DNA from: Candidatus Babelota bacterium
GTDB taxonomy: Bacteria; Babelota; Babeliae; Babelales; CAIQNR01
Direction: 5' to 3'
Assembly (NCBI GenBank): GCA_965658655.1
Contig: CBFHTA010000001.1
Span: forward strand, 104,722-168,721
DNA: 64,000 nt
In this document: piece by piece, positions 10,538 to 18,898 of the stretch
How positions within the stretch are numbered: the stretch's first letter is position 1
How the letters are laid out: every line of letters begins with the position of its first letter
The notes under the pieces: generated by a model
Database searches by the model: none
What the model was told of the DNA's origin: nothing
Seen by the model: the letters and a program-made list of their open reading frames with translations, nothing else
Program-made: the position numbers and the translations under genes

Positions 10538-11716
10538 CTATCTAAAGTGTTTTTCTCGAACTCTTCCCAAAGAAGAAAGGTTCGCGGCAGCAGACAACTT
10601 TATAATATGAACAATTTTTTGAGCTGCATATCCATCACCATAAATTGTTCTCCGCACAGTCGACGTTTTTTGTAACAAAATTTCATATAATTTCTGAGAA
10701 AAGAGCCTTGGGTCTGTCCCAACAATCCAAGCTAACCCTTCCCAAACTCCTTCCATTCGTTCGCTTTTTTCACGCAGAATTAGAACCCGCTTCCCCAAAC
10801 TTACCGCTTCTTCTTGAATGCCACCGGAGTCGGTTGCCACAGCATCAGCATGCAATAATAAATAAACCAAATCTTTATAGCCTACTGGTTCAGTTAAAAA
10901 TACATTTCCAACATCTTTGAAATTAATTTTCTTAAGAGCTTGTGTTACTGCTGGATTTGGATGATAAGGATAAATGAATAACACATCAGGATTTTCAAGC
11001 GCAAAATCTTTGAGTGCCTTTATCATACGTTCAATACCGCCATTAAACGATTCTCTTCTATGCATGGTGAAAAGCACAATCTTTTGCTTACTTATCTGTG
11101 CCCCTGCAATAGCTCTCTCAATATCTGAACGAATTTTTAAAGTTCCTGAATTAATTTTTTCTTCAACAATGCGTAAAGCATCTACCACTGTATTGCCTGT
11201 GCAAAAAACAGTATCTCGTGAATTTCCTTCTGCAAGTAAATTAGCCGCAGCTGCTGTAGTTGGAGCAAAATGATATCTTGCAAAAAGACCTAAAGCAACA
11301 CGATTGAATTCTTCGGGATAGGGAGAATGCATATCACCCGTACGCAAACCTGCTTCAACATGGCCAACCGGAATTTGTTTGTAAAAAGCACTTAAGCCTG
11401 CTGCCATGGTTGTAGTAGTATCTCCATGCACAAGAACTAATGATGGTTCTACCTTTTCAAAAAGCATTTTCATCCCACTCAGCACTTGCTGAGTAACATG
11501 AAACAAATCTTGGTTTTTTTGCATAACACCCAACTCAACGTCTGGTTTTACGTCAAAAATCTCGAATACTTCTGTTAATAAATTTTTGTGTTGAGTTGTT
11601 GAACAAAGAAAAACAGGAATCGAAGCTTTCTTTAAAGCAAAATAAACTGGCATCATCTTGATACCTTCAGGACGCGTTCCTACTACAAGCATTACTGGAG
11701 CTGCTGTTTGATGCAT
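10538..11716 (-). CDS. wecB: UDP-GlcNAc 2-epimerase (non-hydrolysing)
   Basis: GTRPEGIK, VHGDTTT, HVEAGLR, PYPEEFNR, TGNTVVDAL, TDSGGIQEEA. Confidence 0.93.
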   Translation of the reverse strand: MHQTAAPVMLVVGTRPEGIKMMPVYFALKKASIPVFLCSTTQHKNLLTEVFEIFDVKPDVELGVMQKNQDLFHVTQQVLSGMKMLFEKVEPSLVLVHGDTTTTMAAGLSAFYKQIPVGHVEAGLRTGDMHSPYPEEFNRVALGLFARYHFAPTTAAAANLLAEGNSRDTVFCTGNTVVDALRIVEEKINSGTLKIRSDIERAIAGAQISKQKIVLFTMHRRESFNGGIERMIKALKDFALENPDVLFIYPYHPNPAVTQALKKINFKDVGNVFLTEPVGYKDLVYLLLHADAVATDSGGIQEEAVSLGKRVLILREKSERMEGVWEGLAWIVGTDPRLFSQKLYEILLQKTSTVRRTIYGDGYAAQKIVHIIKLSAAANLSSLGRVREKHFR

Positions 11717-11871
11717 TGACTACTCCTTCACGCATCATTTGTACTTCAACTTCTTTTCTTAATCGAATAACAATAGCACATATCCGATGGTTGGCAAGCA
11801 AAAAAGATTTAAAAAAATGCACTTTATGATTAGACTATTTTAATGAACAGATCAAAACAAAGGACCAAAGA

Positions 11872-12372
11872 ATGAAAATACTTTACGCTCCTTGGCGAGA
11901 AGATTACACAACCTCTTCTGCACGGAGCACAGACAATAAAGAATCATGCGTATTCTGCGACCAGCTGAGAGATCAAGACGATGAAAAACACTTTATTGTT
12001 ACCAGGTTTAAACATTGCTATGTCGTATTAAACCGCTATCCCTATAATGGAGGGCATCTCCTCGTTCTCCCGCTTGAACATACTCAAAAACTTTCCGCAC
12101 TTTCTTCAGAAGCCCGCACAGAACTCATGGAAGTTGTAACTCACTGCTCAACTATCCTAGAAAAAGAACTTAATGCACAAGGCATTAATATTGGGCTTAA
12201 TCAAGGCAAAGCTGCAGGAGCAGGTTTACCCTCTCATCTACACTTTCATGTTCTCCCTCGCTGGGCTGGAGATACTAACTTTTTACCCACATTAGCTCAA
12301 ACAAAAACCGTATCGGTTAGCTTAGAAGATCTTTATAATAAGCTTAAACCTCACCTTGACAAGCTTAAATAA
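11872..12372 (+). CDS. HIT-family protein (Ap4A phosphorylase/hydrolase-like)
   Basis: LYAPWR, CVFC, NRYPYNGGH, histidine triad HLHFHVLPRW. Confidence 0.9.
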   Translation: MKILYAPWREDYTTSSARSTDNKESCVFCDQLRDQDDEKHFIVTRFKHCYVVLNRYPYNGGHLLVLPLEHTQKLSALSSEARTELMEVVTHCSTILEKELNAQGINIGLNQGKAAGAGLPSHLHFHVLPRWAGDTNFLPTLAQTKTVSVSLEDLYNKLKPHLDKLK

Positions 12373-12459
12373 GTTTAAAAAGGGTTTTTTACTTATTTGC
12401 TCCAATACCGTATACTAGACAAGGTATTAAGTGAGAAATCTTATTTGTGAGGTTATGGT

Positions 12460-13272
12460 ATGAAATTGTATAAATGCATTCTTATGGTACTTTTAGGCGG
12501 TACCTTAAATATTAATGCTCGTATTCCTAAAGAAGTCGTTGAAAACATGACCTCTTCGCATCGATGTGAAGCAACAAATGCTGCTTTTTCTTCATTTGAT
12601 TCGGCCCTACAAAAAATGGATCCTTTTCCCCTAAGATCAGGCCCCCTGAATCTTAACACCCATAAAAATATAAAGACTGCCTTAAACGGCCTCTCAAAAA
12701 AAACTGATTCTAACTCCTTTAGGGAACTCCTTTCTAAAACAACTGAATGGTCAATCGAAAACCTTACTCCTGTTATTGCTGAAATTCGAAAAGACATAAC
12801 TCCAAAAATAGAACAAGCAAAAACAGTTTTAGTTTCAAAGTTACCCACAGCAGAATCTATAAGCACAATAGGTAAAGAAATATCTGAAAAAGCTATTGAA
12901 AATCTCACTCCTGTTATTACTAAAACTCGCAAAGACATAGCTCTGAAAATAGAACAGGCAAAAACATTTCTAGCCGCAAAAATAACTCAAGTAGAAGCTC
13001 TTAAGAACGCTGGGGAAGCAACAAATGAAGTTCCCTCTTCTACTAAAATGGAATGCGGAAGTCTTGAAAACAAACTATCAGACTTCAAAGAAGCATTCGA
13101 AAAATTAGAACCAAGTGCAGAGAAAACTTCTAGCTCCAACAGTCGTTTCTGCGATATTTTAAACAATCGCTGGACGATAAGTGCTGCTGTAGTTATCGGC
13201 ATAATTATCTACACAAGATACAAATATAAAAAATCACAAAGACAACCTGAAGGGGACGACTATGGACTATAA
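12460..13272 (+). CDS. Hypothetical exported protein with an internal 47-aa-period repeat and a C-terminal TM anchor
   Basis: N-terminal signal peptide; IENLTPVI..RKDI..KIEQAKT occurs twice; C-terminal TM followed by basic residues. Confidence 0.75.
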   Translation: MKLYKCILMVLLGGTLNINARIPKEVVENMTSSHRCEATNAAFSSFDSALQKMDPFPLRSGPLNLNTHKNIKTALNGLSKKTDSNSFRELLSKTTEWSIENLTPVIAEIRKDITPKIEQAKTVLVSKLPTAESISTIGKEISEKAIENLTPVITKTRKDIALKIEQAKTFLAAKITQVEALKNAGEATNEVPSSTKMECGSLENKLSDFKEAFEKLEPSAEKTSSSNSRFCDILNNRWTISAAVVIGIIIYTRYKYKKSQRQPEGDDYGL

Positions 13273-13630
13273 AATTCTTTCAGCATTCGTTCTATTAACA
13301 ACGCCAAGTGTAATGTTGCCTAAAATGTCGTGCACTCAAGTTGCAATACATAAAAAAGGTTTTGATGCTGCTTTTAAAAAATTCAAAAAAAAGCAAGAGA
13401 CATCTGTGGCCAAAAAAGCCCTACAAACATATACTGCTCACACTCCTCTAACTTACATAGACTTTAATGAACAAAATACTACTCATCCACTACTTCATAA
13501 AACAGAGATAAAATCTCCTTTAAGTATTTTATTAAAAGCATTCAGTGCAACTCTAGACATAGTGAACGATCCCTATCTTCGTCTTTTTGCTGTCATAGGT
13601 TTAATAGCCTATGCACGAAACAAAAAATAA
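13262..13630 (+). CDS. Hypothetical protein (signal peptide, C-terminal hydrophobic tail)
   Basis: Overlaps the upstream stop, has a GGGG RBS and is followed by a terminator. Confidence 0.65.
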   Translation: MDYKILSAFVLLTTPSVMLPKMSCTQVAIHKKGFDAAFKKFKKKQETSVAKKALQTYTAHTPLTYIDFNEQNTTHPLLHKTEIKSPLSILLKAFSATLDIVNDPYLRLFAVIGLIAYARNKK

Positions 13631-13647
13631 ATTTCTTAAATTTAGGG

Positions 13648-13683
13648 GGTCTAGATAAGATTTTTCTTATCTAGACCTTTTTC
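13648..13683 (+). terminator. Intrinsic terminator
   Basis: Perfect 13-bp stem GGTCTAGATAAGA/TCTTATCTAGACC followed by a T-tract. Confidence 0.85.
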
Positions 13684-13765
13684 TTAGTCTATTGCCTTTA
13701 AGTTTCAAAATTGCTAAATCTAAAAGAATGTATTCTTTCATTCACATAAAAAAGGAGATCTTGCA

Positions 13766-14155
13766 ATGAAAATAGATACAGACCTAAAGAATCTCGTGCT
13801 TGTAATCGCTGTTGCTGTACTTATTCCTATGACAGTTAAATACGGCATCAAAGCATTCTCTCCAACTCCACGCCCTACAAACCACACACAACAGATTTTC
13901 TACGCTAAAATGGCTATTGGTGCTGCATGTCTTTACGCTGGAGCAAAAATGACTCCTGCTGTAATGGGTACTGGTGTATTCATTGGGGGTCTTGCTCTAA
14001 TGCTTAAAGGAGTACGTTGCTACTGGCCACACTTAGATTCTAAAATGCAATTCCTATTGCTATTATTAGGTCTTTGCTTGGTTTACTTCCTGATTCAACG
14101 TAAACACGGCGGAATGGGTGGATTGCGCAAAGTAGGCCGAGGACGCAGAAAATAG
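13766..14155 (+). CDS. Hypothetical 4-TM membrane protein
   Basis: AAGGAG RBS, four hydrophobic segments, basic C-terminal tail. Confidence 0.75.
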   Translation: MKIDTDLKNLVLVIAVAVLIPMTVKYGIKAFSPTPRPTNHTQQIFYAKMAIGAACLYAGAKMTPAVMGTGVFIGGLALMLKGVRCYWPHLDSKMQFLLLLLGLCLVYFLIQRKHGGMGGLRKVGRGRRK

Positions 14156-14176
14156 CTTTCTGTTTATCTAGAGTTT

Positions 14177-14205
14177 AAAGGACCCTTTCCGAAGGGTCCT
14201 TTTTT
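14177..14205 (+). terminator. Intrinsic terminator
   Basis: Stem AAAGGACCCTT/AAGGGTCCTTT followed by a T-tract. Confidence 0.85.
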
Positions 14206-14273
14206 GTTGCTTGCACACGTTTGTGCTATACTAGTACGGTTAATATAAACAATTGTATCTGGATGGGAAGCCC

Positions 14274-16865
14274 ATGAAATCGTTGGATATCCGTAAAAAA
14301 TTTTTTGATTATTTTGTTAAGAACGGCCACGAACACGTTTCAAGTTCATCATTAATTCCGGCCCAAGACCCAACTCTTTTGTTCACCAATGCTGGAATGA
14401 ATCAATTTAAAGATTGTTTCCTTGGAGACGAAAAGAGAAGCTATACCCGTGCCACAACCATCCAGAAATGCGTGCGTGCCGGCGGCAAACATAATGATTT
14501 AGACAATGTAGGGTTCACCAAGCGTCATCTCACTTTTTTTGAAATGATGGGTAATTTCTCATTTGGCGACTACTTTAAAAAAGAAGCTATCCCCTTTGCA
14601 TGGAATCTTTTAACCAAAGGATATGGTCTTAACCCGGATAATCTTTATGTCTCTGTCTATAAAGATGACGATGAAGCTGCTGAAATTTGGGAGAAAGAAA
14701 TAGGTATACCTAAAGAACGTATTTATCGCTTTGGCAAAGAAGATAACTTCTGGCAAATGGGAGACACAGGACCCTGCGGTCCGTGTACCGAAATTTTTTA
14801 TGATACACGCCCACAAAATAAGCGCGATAAAGCTCCCGTACAAGAAGATTTTGATTCAGGGGAATTACTCGAAGTTTGGAATCTTGTATTCATGCAATAC
14901 AACCAACAAGAAGATGGTTCTTTTATAGAATTAGATCAAACTGGTGTTGATACTGGAATGGGGCTTGAACGTATCGCCTGTGTGTTACAAGGCAAAGATA
15001 ATGTATACGAAACAGATATCTTTACTCCTATTATTGCAGCAACAGAGAAACTAACCGGAATAGAATATATAAAACAAGATGCTCAAACTAAAGCAGCTTT
15101 TCATGTTCTAGCAGATCATATTCGTTCTGTTTCTTTAATTATCGCAGATGGTGCATCTCCTTCTAACGAAGGACGTGGATATGTTTTAAGAAAAATCATT
15201 CGTCGTGCAGCTTTGTTTACTCAAAAATTAACAAATAAAAACATCTTTCCTGAAGTGGCAAAAACATTTATTCAAGAAACAGCCAATATCTACCCCGAAC
15301 TAAAGACCAATGAAAAAATAATCATTTCTCTTTTAACTACTGAAATCGAACAGTTTGCTCACAACTTAGTTAAGGGTCAACAAATCTTAGATAGCTTTTT
15401 TAAGAAACAAGAAAAAGATACGGTCATTACCGGTGAACAAGCATTTAAATTGTACGATACCTATGGATTCCCTCTTGAAGTTACTATTTTAGCCGCCCAA
15501 GAAAACGGCTATTCTGTTGATGCTGATGCATTTAAAGAATGCATGGAAGAACAACGAAAACGTTCTGGGAAAAAAATGAAGCAAACAGAGAAAAAAATAG
15601 AACTACCAGAAAACATTAAAACTGAATTTGTGGGATACCAAGAGATTGTCACTGATTCAAAAATTGTAAGCTTAATCGTTGACGATCAAGCAACAGACTC
15701 AGTTGCTGAAGGTAAAGAATGTTGGATTATCACAGAAAGATGCCCATTCTTCCCAACCATGGGTGGACAAGTTGATGATACAGGAACAGTTACCATTCAT
15801 GGGAAAACAGTTGCTTTTACTGCACTTAAAAAAATTGGCCCTGCGATTGCGATAAAAATTAAATCGCCAGTAGCTTGCAAAGTAGGTGATACAGTAAGCC
15901 AACAAGTGGAAGAACAAATTCGCAAAGACACCATGAATAATCACACGGCAACTCACTTACTTCAAGCGGCTCTCATAGAGTTACTAGGCAAGCAAGTCAA
16001 ACAATCTGGTTCTGTAGTTAACCCTGATTACCTCCGCTTTGATTTCACCTACCACAAGAATTTAACTTCAGAAGAAATTAAAACAGTAGAAGACCGCGTT
16101 AACGGAATCATTAGAGATAATATTGTCGTTGATATTTTTGAAACCTCCCAAAAAAAGGCACTTGAGCGTGGGGTTCTTGCAATTTTTGGAGAAAAATATA
16201 ATCCAGAAAAAGTACGCGTTATTGATGTACCTGGTTTTTCAGCTGAACTCTGTGGAGGAACGCATGTTCCATCTACCGGAGTAATTGGCGCCTTTAAAAT
16301 CACCGAAGTCTCTGCACTCTCTGCAGGTAATCGTCGTATTTTTGCAGTTACCGGACAAAAAGCTTTAGAGTTAATGCAAAGCAACTTCAATACAGTAAAG
16401 ACTTTAAGCCAAGAATTTAAAGTAAAACCAAATGAAGTTATTGATACAATTGAAAAACAAAAACAGCAACTTCTTGAAGCGCAACAGCAAATAAAAATCC
16501 TTAAAAGAAGTGTAATTGACTCTCAAATCCCACTGTGGCAAAACAAGATAGAAGAAATCAATGGAGTACCATTCTTATACCTTGCCCTAGAAAGCTATGG
16601 GGCAGATGAGTTAAAAGTTATTGCAGAACAGCTTCAAAAGAAAACTCCTGGTTTCTATGTACTTGCCAGCAACAACGAAAACAAAGCTGCATTCTTTGCT
16701 TCACTCGCACCAGAATTTCAAGACACAATTGATATGAAAACATTTGCAACATGGTTAAAAGATGCAACTGGGATTCGTGGAGGCGGAAAAAAAGGAACCC
16801 TCCAAGGTGGAGGTCCAAAAATCACTAAAGATCTTACATCTCTTATTAAAGCAGGGCTCGCATAA
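14274..16865 (+). CDS. alaS: Alanine--tRNA ligase
   Basis: DPTLLFTNAGMNQFK, TFFEMMGNFSFGDYFK, DTGMGLER, editing motifs HTATH and ELCGGTH. Confidence 0.98.
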   Translation: MKSLDIRKKFFDYFVKNGHEHVSSSSLIPAQDPTLLFTNAGMNQFKDCFLGDEKRSYTRATTIQKCVRAGGKHNDLDNVGFTKRHLTFFEMMGNFSFGDYFKKEAIPFAWNLLTKGYGLNPDNLYVSVYKDDDEAAEIWEKEIGIPKERIYRFGKEDNFWQMGDTGPCGPCTEIFYDTRPQNKRDKAPVQEDFDSGELLEVWNLVFMQYNQQEDGSFIELDQTGVDTGMGLERIACVLQGKDNVYETDIFTPIIAATEKLTGIEYIKQDAQTKAAFHVLADHIRSVSLIIADGASPSNEGRGYVLRKIIRRAALFTQKLTNKNIFPEVAKTFIQETANIYPELKTNEKIIISLLTTEIEQFAHNLVKGQQILDSFFKKQEKDTVITGEQAFKLYDTYGFPLEVTILAAQENGYSVDADAFKECMEEQRKRSGKKMKQTEKKIELPENIKTEFVGYQEIVTDSKIVSLIVDDQATDSVAEGKECWIITERCPFFPTMGGQVDDTGTVTIHGKTVAFTALKKIGPAIAIKIKSPVACKVGDTVSQQVEEQIRKDTMNNHTATHLLQAALIELLGKQVKQSGSVVNPDYLRFDFTYHKNLTSEEIKTVEDRVNGIIRDNIVVDIFETSQKKALERGVLAIFGEKYNPEKVRVIDVPGFSAELCGGTHVPSTGVIGAFKITEVSALSAGNRRIFAVTGQKALELMQSNFNTVKTLSQEFKVKPNEVIDTIEKQKQQLLEAQQQIKILKRSVIDSQIPLWQNKIEEINGVPFLYLALESYGADELKVIAEQLQKKTPGFYVLASNNENKAAFFASLAPEFQDTIDMKTFATWLKDATGIRGGGKKGTLQGGGPKITKDLTSLIKAGLA

Positions 16866-17275
16866 TGTCTCGAGGAAAAGACCGCGCAGGAATTATTATT
16901 GTTCAAGATGATCAAATACTTCTTATGTACAGAAAAAAAGGAAATACTGAATACTTTTGTATTCCTGGTGGGCATATAGAAGACGGAGAGGATCCTGAAA
17001 CAGCTGCTATACGAGAAATAAAAGAAGAAACTACACTTGATGTTGAGCTAACAGATTTTATGGTAGAACTAGAAAACCAAGGCAGAAAAGAAACCTACTT
17101 TCTTGCTAACCACTTCTCGGGAACACCAAAACTCAGTGGGGAAGAAGCAGATCGCAATTCTGAAGATGACGCTTTTGCATTAAAATGGATACCAATAGCA
17201 TTGCTTTCTAATCTTTTGATTTATCCAGAGCAACTTGGACTTAATCTGGCCCATATCATTAAAAGTCTTAAATAA
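16865..17275 (+). CDS. NUDIX hydrolase
   Basis: Nudix box GGHIEDGEDPETAAIREIKEETTL. Confidence 0.92.
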   Translation: MSRGKDRAGIIIVQDDQILLMYRKKGNTEYFCIPGGHIEDGEDPETAAIREIKEETTLDVELTDFMVELENQGRKETYFLANHFSGTPKLSGEEADRNSEDDAFALKWIPIALLSNLLIYPEQLGLNLAHIIKSLK

Positions 17276-17283
17276 TCTTTAAA

Positions 17284-17607
17284 CTATTTAAGATTCCTTA
17301 TACTGTTAAATATATCATCGGGTGTAGAACCACTTTTAATATTATTTACAATCTTGTTAAGGAAAGCTTTTTGGCTTGCACTTGAAAGCTTTTCGTCTTC
17401 AATTTGAAGATAAAAATCTTGAGCTTGGTTAACTGCTTTTTTATAATAGCGCGGTTCATTATTATACCATTCTTTATATATGGCTTGATATAAAGAATGG
17501 TATGATGATTCTTTAATAACATTAATATTAGTGGTTGGTTGGCCTGCATAAGCAAACGATCCCGACAACGCAAATACTAGAATAACTAAATTTATTGAAT
17601 TCTTCAT
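17284..17607 (-). CDS. Hypothetical exported protein
   Basis: AAGGAGG RBS; signal peptide ending AYA. Confidence 0.7.
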   Translation of the reverse strand: MKNSINLVILVFALSGSFAYAGQPTTNINVIKESSYHSLYQAIYKEWYNNEPRYYKKAVNQAQDFYLQIEDEKLSSASQKAFLNKIVNNIKSGSTPDDIFNSIRNLK

Positions 17608-17692
17608 TTTCCCTCCTTTGATTTACTCCACATTAAACCTCATAGAGAAAGTATACCAAATGACTAGAGGGTGATACAATAATCAGAGAGCT

Positions 17693-18208
17693 TTATGCTT
17701 CTATTAAGCTTATTGCTTCTTCGATGAGCTGATCAATTTGCACAGGATCTTCTTGAAAGTTACTTAGGACGTAATCAGCAACATCTTCTTTATTTTCAGG
17801 TCGCCCTACTCCAAAGCGAATACGCCAAAAATCTTGCCCGCATGCTGCAATAATAGATCGGAGACCATTATGTCCACGATGGCTTCCACCTTGACGAATA
17901 GCTATAGAACCAAACTTTTTTTCTAGCTCATCGTGAACCACCATAATATTTTCAGCATCTATTCCTTTCTTTTGTAAAAAAGAAATAACTTGTCCTGAAC
18001 TATTCATGAATGTTTGCGGCTTTATCAAAATAACTTTTTTGTTATTAAGCTGTATCTCTGCAACATGCATTAAAGGCTTTTCTGCCCACGAAGCCCTATG
18101 ACGTTCCGCGAGAACATCAAGAACTTTAAATCCAATATTATGACGATTTTTTCTATACTGATGGCCAGGATTGCCCAAACCAATAATTGCTTTTATGTTC
18201 TTTTCCAT
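17693..18208 (-). CDS. pth: Peptidyl-tRNA hydrolase
   Basis: GLGNPG, RHNIGF, KPQTFMNSSG, VVHDEL, GHNGLRS. Confidence 0.96.
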   Translation of the reverse strand: MEKNIKAIIGLGNPGHQYRKNRHNIGFKVLDVLAERHRASWAEKPLMHVAEIQLNNKKVILIKPQTFMNSSGQVISFLQKKGIDAENIMVVHDELEKKFGSIAIRQGGSHRGHNGLRSIIAACGQDFWRIRFGVGRPENKEDVADYVLSNFQEDPVQIDQLIEEAISLIEA

Positions 18209-18227
18209 GCTCTGTCTACTACTAATA

Positions 18228-18262
18228 AAAAGAGCCGATGGATATAAATCCATCAGCTCTTC
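18228..18262 (-). terminator. Probable terminator after skp
   Basis: Inverted repeat AAGAGCCGATGGAT/ATCCATCAGCTCTT with an A-run on its left side. Confidence 0.6.
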
Positions 18263-18282
18263 ATTATCCGAATTAAAACTTC

Positions 18283-18819
18283 TTAGACAACTTTTGGTGC
18301 CTTTGTTGTTCTGTTCAACTCTGCAATAATTTGATCTGTTTTATCCAAAGATTTATGAACATACAATTTGCCTTGTTTATGATCTACTTCTGTAAAACCA
18401 AGTTTTTCACAAATTTTCCCAACCATCTCCATAAGTTCTTTTTGAACTTCAGCTAAAATCGTTTGTGCTTTTTGCTGAAACGCTTGTTGTTTCATCTTAA
18501 GCTCTTGTTCCATTTTCCCCAGATTTTGTGCTTGTTGTTGCTTCATGGTGTCGCTCATTGTAGACATTTTTGCTTGAAAGTCAGCAACTGCTGTTTGGAA
18601 TGCTGCCGCACCCTTTTCTATTGCTTGTCCTTCAGGGTCAAGCTTTGCCTTGATACTTTCCTGTTTTTTCTTAAAGTAATCTGCGGTAGTTGCAACTTTT
18701 TCTACATCCACAACAGCTCTTTTTTGCTGCATAACAGAATTTTGAGCCGCTACTTTTGCGTTAATTGCTACTGTAGAAAGCAACAGTGAAATAGCTAGAA
18801 GCTTTTTAAAATTGTTCAT
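18283..18819 (-). CDS. skp: OmpH/Skp-family periplasmic chaperone
   Basis: Signal peptide, AVVDVEKV beta-start, long Q-rich coiled coil, C-terminal DKTDQIIAELN. Confidence 0.75.
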   Translation of the reverse strand: MNNFKKLLAISLLLSTVAINAKVAAQNSVMQQKRAVVDVEKVATTADYFKKKQESIKAKLDPEGQAIEKGAAAFQTAVADFQAKMSTMSDTMKQQQAQNLGKMEQELKMKQQAFQQKAQTILAEVQKELMEMVGKICEKLGFTEVDHKQGKLYVHKSLDKTDQIIAELNRTTKAPKVV

Positions 18820-18898
18820 GGTCAATCCTCATGAATTTACAGTTAAACTTTTTATCCCTGTATTATTGTGAGCAGTTTAACCAGGTTGTCCTAAAACG

